Assembly: GCA_963815115.1 (NCBI GenBank)
Contig: CAWFFN010000012.1
Coordinates: 32,001-96,000 of the forward strand
Source: an uncultured delta proteobacterium
Lineage (GTDB): Bacteria > Desulfobacterota > Binatia > DP-6
Direction of reading: 5' to 3'
Length of the DNA stretch: 64,000 nt
A program made the position numbers and the translations under genes. This document shows, one piece after another, positions 37,536 to 47,700 of this stretch. The notes under the pieces were generated by a model that had not been told where the DNA came from, did not search any database, and worked only from the letters and a program-made list of their open reading frames with translations. Within the stretch, counting starts at the first letter, position 1. Each line of letters starts with the position of its first letter.

Positions 37536-40500
37536 GCGACATGCGAGACCAGTTCGGCCGCATCGCGGTCGTCAACCGCGGCGAGGCCGCGATGCGGCTC
37601 GTTCACGCCGTCCGCGAGCTCAACCACGAGCACGGCACGGCGATGCGGACGATCGCGCTGGTCACCGAGCCCGATCGGGCGGCCATGTTCGCCCGCGAGG
37701 CCGACGAGGTGCACGATCTCGGCCCCGCGCTGTACGACGGGCCGGGCGGCCGGCGCTCCGCCTACGTCGACCTGGAACGGCTCGAGCAGGCGCTCCGTGC
37801 CACCCGCGCCGACGCGGCATGGGTGGGCTGGGGCTTCGTCGCCGAGCGCGCCGAGTTCGCCGAGCTGTGCGCGCGGCTCGACGTGGTCTTCATCGGACCG
37901 AGCCCGGCCGCGATGCGGCTCCTGGGCGACAAGATCGCCGCCAAGCGGCTCGCCGAGCGCGCCGGCATCGCCGTGGTGCCGTGGAGCGGCGGCGCCATCC
38001 GGACGCCGGCGGACGCGGTCGAGCACGCGCGCGCGCTCGGCTTCCCCCTCATCCTGAAGGCGGCGGCGGGCGGCGGCGGGCGTGGCATCCGCGAGGTCGG
38101 CAACGAGGCGCAGCTGCTCGCCGCCCTCGAGCCCACCGCCAGCGAGGCGGCGCAGGCCTTCGGCGACGGCACGCTCTTCCTCGAGCGGCGGGTCGCGGCC
38201 GCGCGGCACGTCGAGGTGCAGGTGGTGGCCGACCGCCACGCGACCGTGTGGGCGCTCGGCGTCCGCGACTGCACGCTCCAGCGCCGCCACCAGAAGGTGG
38301 TCGAGGAATCCCCCTCGCCGGCGCTGTCCGCGGCGGAGGACGCCATCCTGCGTGCGGCCGCGGTGCGGCTGGCACGCGCCGCCGGCTACGAGAACGTGGG
38401 GACCGTCGAGTTCCTCTTCGACCCGGTGGGCCGGGAAGCCTGGTTCATGGAGGTGAACACGCGCCTCCAGGTCGAGCACCCCGTGACCGAGTGCACCACG
38501 GGCAGCGATCTCGTGAAGCTCCAGCTTCACGTCGCCCTGGGTGGCAGGCTCGAGGGGGACCCTCCGGCGGTGCGTGGCCATGCCATCGAGGTCCGGCTCA
38601 ACGCGGAGGATCCGGAGAACGGGTTTGCCCCGGCGCCCGGCCAGGTCGAGCTGCTCCGCCTCCCCGGTGGTCCGGGCATCCGTGTCGACCGCGGCGTGGA
38701 CGAGGGCGATCGCATCGCGCCGCAGTTCGATTCCATGATCGCCAAGATCGTCGCCCACGGCGCCGGCCGCGGCGAGGCGCTTGCCCGGCTGCGCCGGGCA
38801 CTCGCCGACACCACCGTCGTGGTCCGCGGCGGCGCCACCAACCGGGCCTTCCTCCTGGGCCTCCTCGACCGGCCCGAGGCCGCCCGCGGCGACTACGACA
38901 ACGGCTGGCTCGATCGGCTGGTCGTCGAGGGCGCGCACCTGCCGCACGGAGGCGTCGAGATCGCGTTGCTCGCGGCGGCGGTGGAGGTCTACGAGGCAGA
39001 AGCGACGATCGAGGTGCGCGGCTTCCTCGCCTCGGCAGCGCGGGGCCGTCCCGCGGTCCCGCCAGACATCGGGCACGCCGCCAAGCTCCGGGTGCATGGA
39101 GTGACCCACGCCGTCGAGGCGCGGCGCCTCGGGCCGCACGCCCATCGCGTCACCGTCGAGGGGCGCACGATCGCCGTGGGCGTGGAACGGGTCGGCTCCT
39201 TCGAGCGCTGGCTCACCGCCGGCGGGCAGCGCCACCGCCTCGTCTCGGTCAGCGACGGCGAAGCGTATCGCATCGAGGTCGACGGGGTTCCCCACCGTAT
39301 CGGACGCGACGAGGGCGGCGTGGTGCGAGCGCCTGCGCCGGCGATGGTGCTGTCGATCGCCGTCGGACCCGGCGACCTGGTCGCGGCGGGGGACCGTGTC
39401 GCGGTGCTCGAGGCGATGAAGACCGAGATCCCGATCCTTGCGCCGGTCGCAGGGCGCGTGCGGAGCGTGCTGGTGACCGCCAACCTCCAGGTGGATGCCG
39501 GCGCCCCGCTGCTCGTGCTCGAACCCACCCAGGCCGCGGCGGACGAGCGTGCCGGCGACGGCCTCGCCCTCGACCGGCTCGTTTCCACGCCGCGCCCGAC
39601 GGGTTCGGCCGACGCGCGCCGCGAGGCGCTCGAGACGCTGCGGCAGCTCATCCTCGGGTTCGACGTGGAGCCGGCCGACGCGCGCCGCCTGGCGGCGGAG
39701 TGGTCCCGGGCCGGAGACGACGCGGAGCTTCGCCGGGCGGAGGACGATCTGCTCGACCTCTTCGTCGACGTCCATTGCGTGTTCGACCATCGCGGGATCG
39801 ACGACGAGCCGGAGGAGCCGGGATCGGTGAGCGCCCAGGAGTACGTCCTGAGCTACCTGCGCACGCTCGATGCGGAGAGCGGGAACCTGCCCGGATGGTT
39901 CGTCGAGCGGCTGCGCCGGGCGCTTGCCCGACACGGCGTGCACTCCCTGGAGCGCTCGGCGGCACTCGAGGCCAGCTGGGTTCGCCTCTTTCGCGCGCAC
40001 CAACGCGTGGAGGAGCAGGTGCCGGTGGTCATGCGCATCCTCGAGCGGCGTCTGCAGGCGGTCCCCGAGGAGGGAGCGGAGGGATCCGCGGCGATGCTCG
40101 ACCGCATGGTCGCGCTCGGCGGCGCCGCACACCCGGCGCTCGCCGATCTGGCGCGGGAGCTGCGCTACCGCTGGTACGATCGGCCGCTGTTCGAGCAGAC
40201 GCGCGCCGCCGTCTACCGCCAGGTGGAAGCCCACCTGGCGGCCCTCGCCAGCCCCGGCGACTCCGGACGGGCGGAGCACGTCGCCTGGCTCGTCGACTGT
40301 TCCCAGCCGCTCGTGGGGTTGCTCTGCCCGCGCCTCGACCGTGCGTCACCGCCGCTCCGGCGGACGATGCTGGAGGTCCTGGTCCGCCGATACTACCGCA
40401 TCCGCGACCTCCGAGGTCTCGAGTTGAGGGACGTGGGCGGCCGGACGTGCGCCGTGGCCGAGTACGGGTTCGACAATCGCCGCATCCATCTGTTCGCCAC

Positions 40501-43093
40501 CTACGCGGCGTGGGCGGGTCTCGGTGACGCGGCCCGTGCCCTTGGCCGACTCATCGCCGACGTCCCCGCCGAGCACGACGTCGTCGTCGACTTCTTCCTC
40601 TGCCGCGATGGCGCGTCGTCCGAGGATCCGGACGCCGTCGCCGCCGCAGCGCTCGCGGCCCTCCGGGAGGCGGGCTTCCCGCGCGGGCTCCGGCGGATCG
40701 TGGTCATGATCGCGACCGAGGGCCGCCTCGGCATCGGCGACGTGCTCCACTTCACGTACCGGCCCGACGGCGACGGCTATCGCGAGGAGCGCCTGTATCG
40801 CGGCCTCCATCCCATGATGGGCAAGCGGCTCCAGCTCTGGCGGCTGCGCAACTTCGACATCGAGCGACTGCCGTCGGTGGAGGACGTCTATCTCTTCCGC
40901 GCCGTCGCGCAGGCGAACCCGAAGGACGAGCGCCTGTTCGCCCTCGCCGAAGTGCGCGACCTGACGCCTGTCCGGGACGCGGAGGGGCACGTGGTACAGC
41001 TGCCTCACCTGGAACGCGTCCTCGCCGAAGCGCTGGCCGCCATCCGCCTCCAGCAGGCGCAGCGCGCGCCCGACCGCCGTCTCTACTGGAACCGGGTGCT
41101 CCTGCACGTCTGGCCGCCGATGACGCTCACGCCCGACGAGCTGGATCATCTCGTCCGCAAGCTCGCGCCGGGAACGGCCGGGCTCGGCCTCGAGAAGGTG
41201 GTGTTGCGCGCACGCATCCCCGACCCGGCGGGCGGCGAGCTGCGCGACACCATTCTCCAGGTCACCAATCCCGGTGGCCGCGGCTTCACGATCACGGCGC
41301 TCCCGCCGGCGGAGCTGCCGATCCGGCCGCTCACCGAATACGCCCAGAAGGTCGTGCGCCTGCGCCGGCTCGGGCTCACCTATCCCTACGAGGTGGTCCA
41401 CATGCTGACGCCGTCCGAGGGGCAGCGGTCGGCGTTTCCGCCCGGCGAGTTCGTCGAGCACGACCTGGACGCGACGGGACGCCTCGTGCCCGTCGAGCGG
41501 CCGCCTGGCGCCAACACGGTCAACCTCGTCGTCGGCGTGATCCGGAACCGGACGGCGAGCTACCCGGAGGGCATGACGCGCGTGTGCCTGCTCGGCGATC
41601 CGAGTCGCAGCATGGGCGCGCTGGCGGAGGCCGAGTGCCGCCGCATCATGGCGGCGCTCGACCTCGCCGAGACGATGCGGGTCCCTCTCGAGTGGTTCGC
41701 GATCTCGGCCGGCGCGAAGATCTCGATGGAGAGCGGCTCCGAGAACATGGATTGGATCGCCCGCGTCCTGCGCCGCCTGATCGAGTTCACCCAGGCGGGC
41801 GGCGAGGTCAACGTCGTGGTCGCGGGGATCAACGTCGGCGCGCAGCCGTACTGGAACGCCGAGGCGACGATGCTGCAGCATACCCGCGGCGTCCTCATCA
41901 TGACGCCCGAGGGTGCGATGGTGCTCACCGGCAAGCGCGCGCTGGACTACTCCGGGGGCGTGTCGGCGGAGGACAACTTCGGCATCGGCGGCTACGAGCG
42001 CGTCATGGGGCCGAACGGCCAGGCGCAGTACTGGGCTCGCGACCTCGCCGACGCATGCCGCATCCTCTTCCAGCACTACGAGCATTCCTACGTGGCGCCT
42101 GGCGAGCGTTTCCCTCGCCGGAAAGCGACCGCCGACCCGGGCGACCGCGACGTGCGCGATGCGCCTCACGGCGACGGCTTCGTACGCGTCGGCGACGTCT
42201 TCAGCGACGAGTTCAACCCCGGTCGCAAGCGCCCGTTCGAGATCCGCAGGGTGATGGCCGCGACGATCGATCGGGATCGCCCGCCGCTCGAGCGCTGGGC
42301 CGCGATGCGCGACGCCGAGGTCGCCGTGGTGTGGGATGCCCATCTCGGGGGCCATCCGGTCTGCCTGCTCGGGATCGAATCGCGGCCGGTGCCGCGCCTC
42401 GGTCTCGTGCCCGCCGACGGCCCCGAGCAGTGGACGGCGGGCACGCTCTTCCCGCGCGCGTCGAAGAAGGTGGCACGCGCCATCAACGCGGCGAGCGGGA
42501 ACCGTCCGGTCGTGGTGCTCGCCAACCTTTCCGGCTTCGACGGCTCCCCGGAGTCGCTCCGCGAGCTGCAGCTCGAGTACGGAGCGGAGATCGGCCGCGC
42601 CGTGGTGAACTTCGACGGGCCGATCGTCTTCTGCGTGATCTCGCGCTATCACGGGGGCGCCTACGTCGTGTTCTCCAGCGCGCTCAACGCATCGGTGGAG
42701 AGCGCCGCGGTGGAGGGCTCCTACGCCTCCGTGATCGGCGGCGCGCCGGCGGCGGCCGTGGTGTTCGCAGGCGAGGTGGATGCCAGGACACGGCGCGACC
42801 CTCGCGTGGCCGCGGTGGAGGCGGAGGTCGCGGCAGCCGACGGGCCCGAGAAGGCGCGGCGGCGGGCGGCTCTCGCGGAGGTGTGGGCGGTCGTGCACGC
42901 CGAGAAGCTCGGCGACGTGGCGCGCGAGTTCGACCAGGTCCACAGCGTCTATCGCGCGCAGCAGGTCGGCTCGATCCATCGCATCATCCCCGCCGCCGCC
43001 CTGCGCCCATACCTGATCGACGCGGTCGCGCGGGGCATCCAGCGGACGCTCGAGGCGGCGCGGCCACGGACGGCGGAGCATCCGGCGGCATGA
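37532..43093 (+). CDS. Single-chain multidomain acetyl/acyl-CoA carboxylase (BC-BCCP-central-CT, ~1850 aa)
   Basis: BC NRGEAA, GGGGRG, QRRHQK, EVNTRLQVEHPVTE; biotin site EAMK; CT with ANLSGFDGS; GTGA overlap with synthase stop (alternative ATG 37541). Confidence 0.9.
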   Translation: MSDMRDQFGRIAVVNRGEAAMRLVHAVRELNHEHGTAMRTIALVTEPDRAAMFAREADEVHDLGPALYDGPGGRRSAYVDLERLEQALRATRADAAWVGWGFVAERAEFAELCARLDVVFIGPSPAAMRLLGDKIAAKRLAERAGIAVVPWSGGAIRTPADAVEHARALGFPLILKAAAGGGGRGIREVGNEAQLLAALEPTASEAAQAFGDGTLFLERRVAAARHVEVQVVADRHATVWALGVRDCTLQRRHQKVVEESPSPALSAAEDAILRAAAVRLARAAGYENVGTVEFLFDPVGREAWFMEVNTRLQVEHPVTECTTGSDLVKLQLHVALGGRLEGDPPAVRGHAIEVRLNAEDPENGFAPAPGQVELLRLPGGPGIRVDRGVDEGDRIAPQFDSMIAKIVAHGAGRGEALARLRRALADTTVVVRGGATNRAFLLGLLDRPEAARGDYDNGWLDRLVVEGAHLPHGGVEIALLAAAVEVYEAEATIEVRGFLASAARGRPAVPPDIGHAAKLRVHGVTHAVEARRLGPHAHRVTVEGRTIAVGVERVGSFERWLTAGGQRHRLVSVSDGEAYRIEVDGVPHRIGRDEGGVVRAPAPAMVLSIAVGPGDLVAAGDRVAVLEAMKTEIPILAPVAGRVRSVLVTANLQVDAGAPLLVLEPTQAAADERAGDGLALDRLVSTPRPTGSADARREALETLRQLILGFDVEPADARRLAAEWSRAGDDAELRRAEDDLLDLFVDVHCVFDHRGIDDEPEEPGSVSAQEYVLSYLRTLDAESGNLPGWFVERLRRALARHGVHSLERSAALEASWVRLFRAHQRVEEQVPVVMRILERRLQAVPEEGAEGSAAMLDRMVALGGAAHPALADLARELRYRWYDRPLFEQTRAAVYRQVEAHLAALASPGDSGRAEHVAWLVDCSQPLVGLLCPRLDRASPPLRRTMLEVLVRRYYRIRDLRGLELRDVGGRTCAVAEYGFDNRRIHLFATYAAWAGLGDAARALGRLIADVPAEHDVVVDFFLCRDGASSEDPDAVAAAALAALREAGFPRGLRRIVVMIATEGRLGIGDVLHFTYRPDGDGYREERLYRGLHPMMGKRLQLWRLRNFDIERLPSVEDVYLFRAVAQANPKDERLFALAEVRDLTPVRDAEGHVVQLPHLERVLAEALAAIRLQQAQRAPDRRLYWNRVLLHVWPPMTLTPDELDHLVRKLAPGTAGLGLEKVVLRARIPDPAGGELRDTILQVTNPGGRGFTITALPPAELPIRPLTEYAQKVVRLRRLGLTYPYEVVHMLTPSEGQRSAFPPGEFVEHDLDATGRLVPVERPPGANTVNLVVGVIRNRTASYPEGMTRVCLLGDPSRSMGALAEAECRRIMAALDLAETMRVPLEWFAISAGAKISMESGSENMDWIARVLRRLIEFTQAGGEVNVVVAGINVGAQPYWNAEATMLQHTRGVLIMTPEGAMVLTGKRALDYSGGVSAEDNFGIGGYERVMGPNGQAQYWARDLADACRILFQHYEHSYVAPGERFPRRKATADPGDRDVRDAPHGDGFVRVGDVFSDEFNPGRKRPFEIRRVMAATIDRDRPPLERWAAMRDAEVAVVWDAHLGGHPVCLLGIESRPVPRLGLVPADGPEQWTAGTLFPRASKKVARAINAASGNRPVVVLANLSGFDGSPESLRELQLEYGAEIGRAVVNFDGPIVFCVISRYHGGAYVVFSSALNASVESAAVEGSYASVIGGAPAAAVVFAGEVDARTRRDPRVAAVEAEVAAADGPEKARRRAALAEVWAVVHAEKLGDVAREFDQVHSVYRAQQVGSIHRIIPAAALRPYLIDAVARGIQRTLEAARPRTAEHPAA

Positions 43094-43806
43094 CTGGCGT
43101 CGATCCCTCGCGCGGAGCGACCCGTCCGGTCGGGGTCCTCATGGCCCACGTCGGCGAGGTGCCGCCGGGAGACGCCTGGCTCGGAGCGCGGGAGCGCGCG
43201 GTCCTCACCACGCTGCGCTTCCCGAAGCGGCGAGCGGACTGGCGCCTCGGACGCTACGCGGCGAAGCGGGCCGCGGCGGGGTGGCTCGGGCGCCCCACCC
43301 GTCTCGAGGAGCTCGCGGGGCTCGAGATCCTCGCCGACGGGGATGGGGCGCCGCGGCTCCATCTCGAGGGCGCGGCGCGCGTCGCGCTGTCGCTCAGCCA
43401 TCGCGACGCGTGGGGAATGGCGGCGGTGGCCAGCCCCGAGGTGGCGCTCGGGTGCGATCTCGAGCTCGTCGAGCCGCGCAGCGAGCTGTTCCTGGCCGAC
43501 TACCTCACCTCGCGCGAGCAGGCGCTCGTGGCGGCCGGCGACCCGGACGATGGCGTGCGGAGGGCCACCCTCGTCTGGTCGGTGAAGGAATGTGTTCTCA
43601 AGGCGCTCCGCGAGGGCCTGCGCCTGGACACGCGCTCGGTCGAGCTGGCGGAGCGGGCCGGCGAGCCCGTGCGCGGATGGTCGCCCGTGGCGGGGCGCGA
43701 AATCCCGGGCGGTCCGGTCTTCGAGGGATGGTGGCGCCCGTACGGCGCGATGCTCGCCTGCGTCCTCGGAGCCCCCGCGCTCGGAGCGCCGCTCACACTC
43801 ACCTGA
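43090..43806 (+). CDS. Sfp-type 4'-phosphopantetheinyl transferase
   Basis: LSLSH, LGCDLE, WSVKECVLKA; ATGA overlap with carboxylase. Confidence 0.88.
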   Translation: MTGVDPSRGATRPVGVLMAHVGEVPPGDAWLGARERAVLTTLRFPKRRADWRLGRYAAKRAAAGWLGRPTRLEELAGLEILADGDGAPRLHLEGAARVALSLSHRDAWGMAAVASPEVALGCDLELVEPRSELFLADYLTSREQALVAAGDPDDGVRRATLVWSVKECVLKALREGLRLDTRSVELAERAGEPVRGWSPVAGREIPGGPVFEGWWRPYGAMLACVLGAPALGAPLTLT

Positions 43807-43830
43807 GATGCGACGAAGGAGGGACATGGT

Positions 43831-44229
43831 ATGGCACGATCGAAAACAGGTATCTCGCTCGCCGACATCCGCGAGTCCGTGAAGCGGATCCGCGGCGAGG
43901 GGGAGCGCTTCATGGGGCGCATCCGGCGGGACTCCGAGGTCTTCGCTCGCCGGACGCGGGCCGAGGTCGAGGCGGACGCGCGCAAGGTGCGAGACGACCT
44001 GCGAGCCCGGGTGGACAGGTCGATCAAGGATCTGGAGACGCGGGCGCGGAAGGTCGTCCAGACGTTCGAGAAGCAGGCTGGACGGGTGGCCGATGGCGCT
44101 CGCAAGGGGCTCGCCCGCGGCGCGGTCGAGGAGCTGCCGAAGCTCGGGAAGCGCATCCGGGAGCTCGAGCAACGGCTCGAGCAACTCGAGCAGCAGCTGC
44201 GCGCGACGCTCAAGGACACCGCTCCCTGA
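43831..44229 (+). CDS. Helical phasin/apolipoprotein-like protein, possible lipid-inclusion protein
   Basis: 132 aa, highly charged amphipathic/coiled-coil character ending in IRELEQRLEQLEQQL; strong GGAGG SD; function inferred from context. Confidence 0.5.
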   Translation: MARSKTGISLADIRESVKRIRGEGERFMGRIRRDSEVFARRTRAEVEADARKVRDDLRARVDRSIKDLETRARKVVQTFEKQAGRVADGARKGLARGAVEELPKLGKRIRELEQRLEQLEQQLRATLKDTAP

Positions 44230-44250
44230 CCCGGGGTCGTCCCGCCGTCT

Positions 44251-44287
44251 TTCCCATGTGTGCGAGGGATATTCCGGTTTGTACGAA
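44251..44287. promoter_or_regulatory. Tandem putative bEBP UAS pair
   Basis: TTCCCA-TGTG-TGCGAG (44251-44266, ~96 bp) and TTCCGG-TTTG-TACGAA (44272-44287, ~75 bp), 21 bp apart. Confidence 0.6.
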
Positions 44288-44328
44288 TGCCGGCGGGCGC
44301 AAGCGTGCAGGCGCGGGAGCACCTCGCT

Positions 44329-44344
44329 TGGCACGCGACCGGCA
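44329..44344 (+). promoter_or_regulatory. sigma54 promoter of cytochrome c-PFOR operon
   Basis: TGGCACG-CGAC-CGGCA. Confidence 0.6.
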
Positions 44345-44366
44345 ATTGGCGTCCCCGGAAGATCAA

Positions 44367-44744
44367 ATGCGCAGACCCCTCGTTCTCGCGGGAGTCCTCT
44401 CCGCAGCGCTCGTCCCCGGTTCGCTCCATGCCGACGTCGCGGCCGGCGCCCGGATGTTCAAGCAGCGCTGCGCCCCGTGTCACTCTCTCGAACCGGGAGT
44501 GCAACGGCACGGGCCCAGCCTGGAGAACCTGATGGGCCGGCAGGCGGGAATGCATCCCGGGTTCGAGTACTCGGAGGGCCTGCCGAGGAGCGGGCTGATC
44601 TGGAACGGGGAGACCCTGGACAGCTGGCTGCGCAACCCTCACGCGGCCGTCCCCGCGGCCGGGATGCCGTTCGAGGGGCTCGAGAACACGACGCAGCGCC
44701 ATGACGTGATCGAGTTCCTCGAGCACGAGGCCGCGCCGCGATGA
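44367..44744 (+). CDS. Class I (c2-like) cytochrome c
   Basis: Signal peptide MRRPLVLAG..., CAPCH, GPSL, GFEYS, AGMPF axial Met. Confidence 0.88.
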   Translation: MRRPLVLAGVLSAALVPGSLHADVAAGARMFKQRCAPCHSLEPGVQRHGPSLENLMGRQAGMHPGFEYSEGLPRSGLIWNGETLDSWLRNPHAAVPAAGMPFEGLENTTQRHDVIEFLEHEAAPR

Positions 44745-47700
44745 GCGCGTTGCACACGCTCGACGGGAACGAGGCGGTCGCCTCGGTGGCGCACCGCCTG
44801 AGCGAGGTGATCGCGATCTATCCCATCACGCCGAGCTCCCCCATGGGCGAGCTGGCGGACGAGTGGTCGGCGGCGGGCCGGGCGAACATCTGGGGCGGCG
44901 TACCCACGGTCGTGGAGATGCAGTCCGAGGGCGGGGCAGCGGGCGCCGTCCACGGCGCGCTCCAGGCCGGCGCCCTCACCACGACGTTCACTTCCTCGCA
45001 GGGCCTCCTCCTGATGATCCCGAACCTCTACAAGATCGCGGGCGAGCTCACCGCCTGCTGCCTGCACGTGGCGGCCCGCACGCTGGCGACCCACGCGCTC
45101 TCCATCTTCGGCGACCACTCCGACGTCATGGCCTGCCGCCAGACCGGCGTGGCGCTGCTCGCGTCCGGTTCGGTCCAGGAGGCACACGACCTGGCCGCCA
45201 TCGCGCACGCGGCGACCCTGGAGACGCGCATTCCGTTCCTCCACTTCTTCGACGGCTTCCGCACCTCGCACGAGCTTTCCAAGATCGCGCTCCTGGATGA
45301 CGACGCCTTGCACGGGCTGATCGATGCCGACGCCGTCGCCGCGCACCGTGCGCGCGCCCTGACGCCCGACCATCCGGTGCTGCGCGGCACGGCCCAGAAC
45401 CCCGACACCTTCTTCCAGGCCCGCGAGGCCGCCAATCTCTTCTATGACGCGTGCCCGGCCCGGACCCAGGCAGTCATGGACCGTTTCGCCACGCAAACCC
45501 GGCGCGCCTATCACCTCTTCGACTACGTCGGGCACCCGGAGGCGGACCGCGTCCTCGTGCTGATGGGCTCCGGAGCCGAGACCGCGCACGCGACCGTCGA
45601 GTGGCTCGTGTCGCGCGGCGAGCGGGTCGGGGTGCTGAAGGTCCGGCTGTTCCGTCCCTTCTCGGGCGCCGACTTCGTGGCGGCGCTCCCGCCGACGGTG
45701 CGCGGCATCGCCGTCCTCGATCGTACCAAGGAGCCGGGCGCGCTCGGCGAGCCGCTGTATCTCGACGTGTTGGCGGCGCTGGCGGAGTCGGGACGCATGC
45801 CCGCGACCGTCACGGGCGGGCGATACGGTCTCGGCTCCAAGGAGTTCACCCCGGCCATGGTGCAGGCCGTGCTGTGCGAGCTGGACGCGCCCGCCCCGCG
45901 CCGCCACTTCACCGTCGGCATCGTGGACGACGTCACCGGGCTGTCGCTGGCTGTCGCCGACGACCTCGACATCGAGCCCACGGACGAGGTCCGTGCCGTG
46001 TTCTACGGGCTCGGCTCCGATGGCACGGTGGGCGCGAACAAGAACTCGATCAAGATCCTGACCGAGGACGCCGACCGTTTCGGACAGGGGTACTTCGTCT
46101 ATGACTCGAAGAAGGCCGGCGCGGTCACCGTGTCGCACCTGCGCTTCGGCCCGCGCCCCATCCGCGCTCCCTACCTGGTCCGCCGGGCGCAGTTCGTCGC
46201 CTGCCACCAGTTCGGCTTCCTCGACCGCCTCGACGTCCTCGCCGTTGCAGCCCCGGGAGCGACCGTGCTGCTGAACGCCCCGTACGGTCCGGAGGCGGTC
46301 TGGGACCACCTGCCGCGCGAGGTGCAGGAGACGCTGCTGGAGAAGCGGCTCCGGCTCTTCGTGGTCGACGCCTACGGTCTGGCGCGGGAGCTCGGCCTCG
46401 GCGGTCGGATCAACGCCGTCACGCAGGCGGCCTTCTTCGCCCTGGCGGGCGTGCTGCCGCCCGACACGGCGGTGGCGCGCATCAAGACCGCCATCGCGAA
46501 GACCTACGAGCGTAAGGGCGCCGCCGTGGTGGAGCGCAACTGCGCCGCGGTGGACGCAACGCTGGCCGCCCTGCACGAGGTCCAGTTGCCCGGGCGGGCC
46601 GACGCGACCCGCGCCCGCCCACCCGTGGTGGCGCTCGAGGCGCCCGAGTTCGTGCAGCGGGTCACCGCAGCGCTGCTCGCAGGCCACGGCGACCTGCTCC
46701 CGGTGAGCGCCTTCCCGGTCGACGGAACGTGGCCGCTCGGGACGGCTCGCTGGGAGAAGCGCGCGCTGGCGCGGGAGGTCCCGGTGTGGGACGCGGCCCT
46801 CTGCATCCAGTGCAACAAGTGCGCGCTGATGTGCCCGCATGCCGCGATCCGCGCGAAGGTGTACTCGCCCGAGGCCCGGGCGGCGGCGCCGCCGACGTTC
46901 AAGGCGACGCCCTATCGTGCGGGGGAATTTCGCGGGCTCGACTACACCATCCAGCTGGCGCCAGACGACTGCACGGGCTGCGGACTCTGCGTCGAGGTCT
47001 GCCCCGCCAAGGATCGCGCCAACCCGCGGCACAAGGCGATCGACATGGTGCCGCAGGAGCCGCTCGCCGAGCCCGAGCGTGCGAACTACGCCTTCTTCCT
47101 GGCGCTCCCCGAGCCCGACCGGACCGTCGCCCCGCGCGACGTGAAGGGCAGCCAGCTTCTCGAGCCGCTCTTCGAGTACTCCGGCGCCTGCGCGGGCTGC
47201 GGCGAGACCTCCTACGTGAAGGTCCTGACGCAGCTCTTCGGCGACCGTGCGCTGATCGCCAACGCCACGGGATGCTCGTCGATCTACGGCGGCAACCTGC
47301 CGACGACGCCCTTCACCACCAACGGCGACGGGCGGGGTCCGGCCTGGTCGAACTCGCTCTTCGAGGACAACGCGGAGTTCGGGCTGGGCTTCCGCCTCGC
47401 CGTCGACCAGCACGCGGCGCGCGCCCGCGCGCTGCTCCGTGAGCTCTCCGGCACCCTCGGCGACGCGCCGGTCGGCGAGCTCCTGGACGCGGCACAGGTC
47501 GACGAGGCGGGCATCGCCGCGCAGCGCGCGCGTGTCGTGACGCTGCGGGCCCGCCTGCGTGGCGTGGACAGACCGGTTGCTCGGGAGCTCGAGCGGCTCG
47601 CCGACTATCTCGTGCGCAAGAGCGTCTGGATCGTCGGCGGCGACGGCTGGGCGTACGACATCGGCTACGGCGGGCTGGACCACGTGCTGTCGCTCGGCCG

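Noticed and set aside
43832-43847. TGGCACG sigma54-like -24 box
   Set aside because: It is the ATG-GCA-CGA start of the CDS and has no GC at -12.
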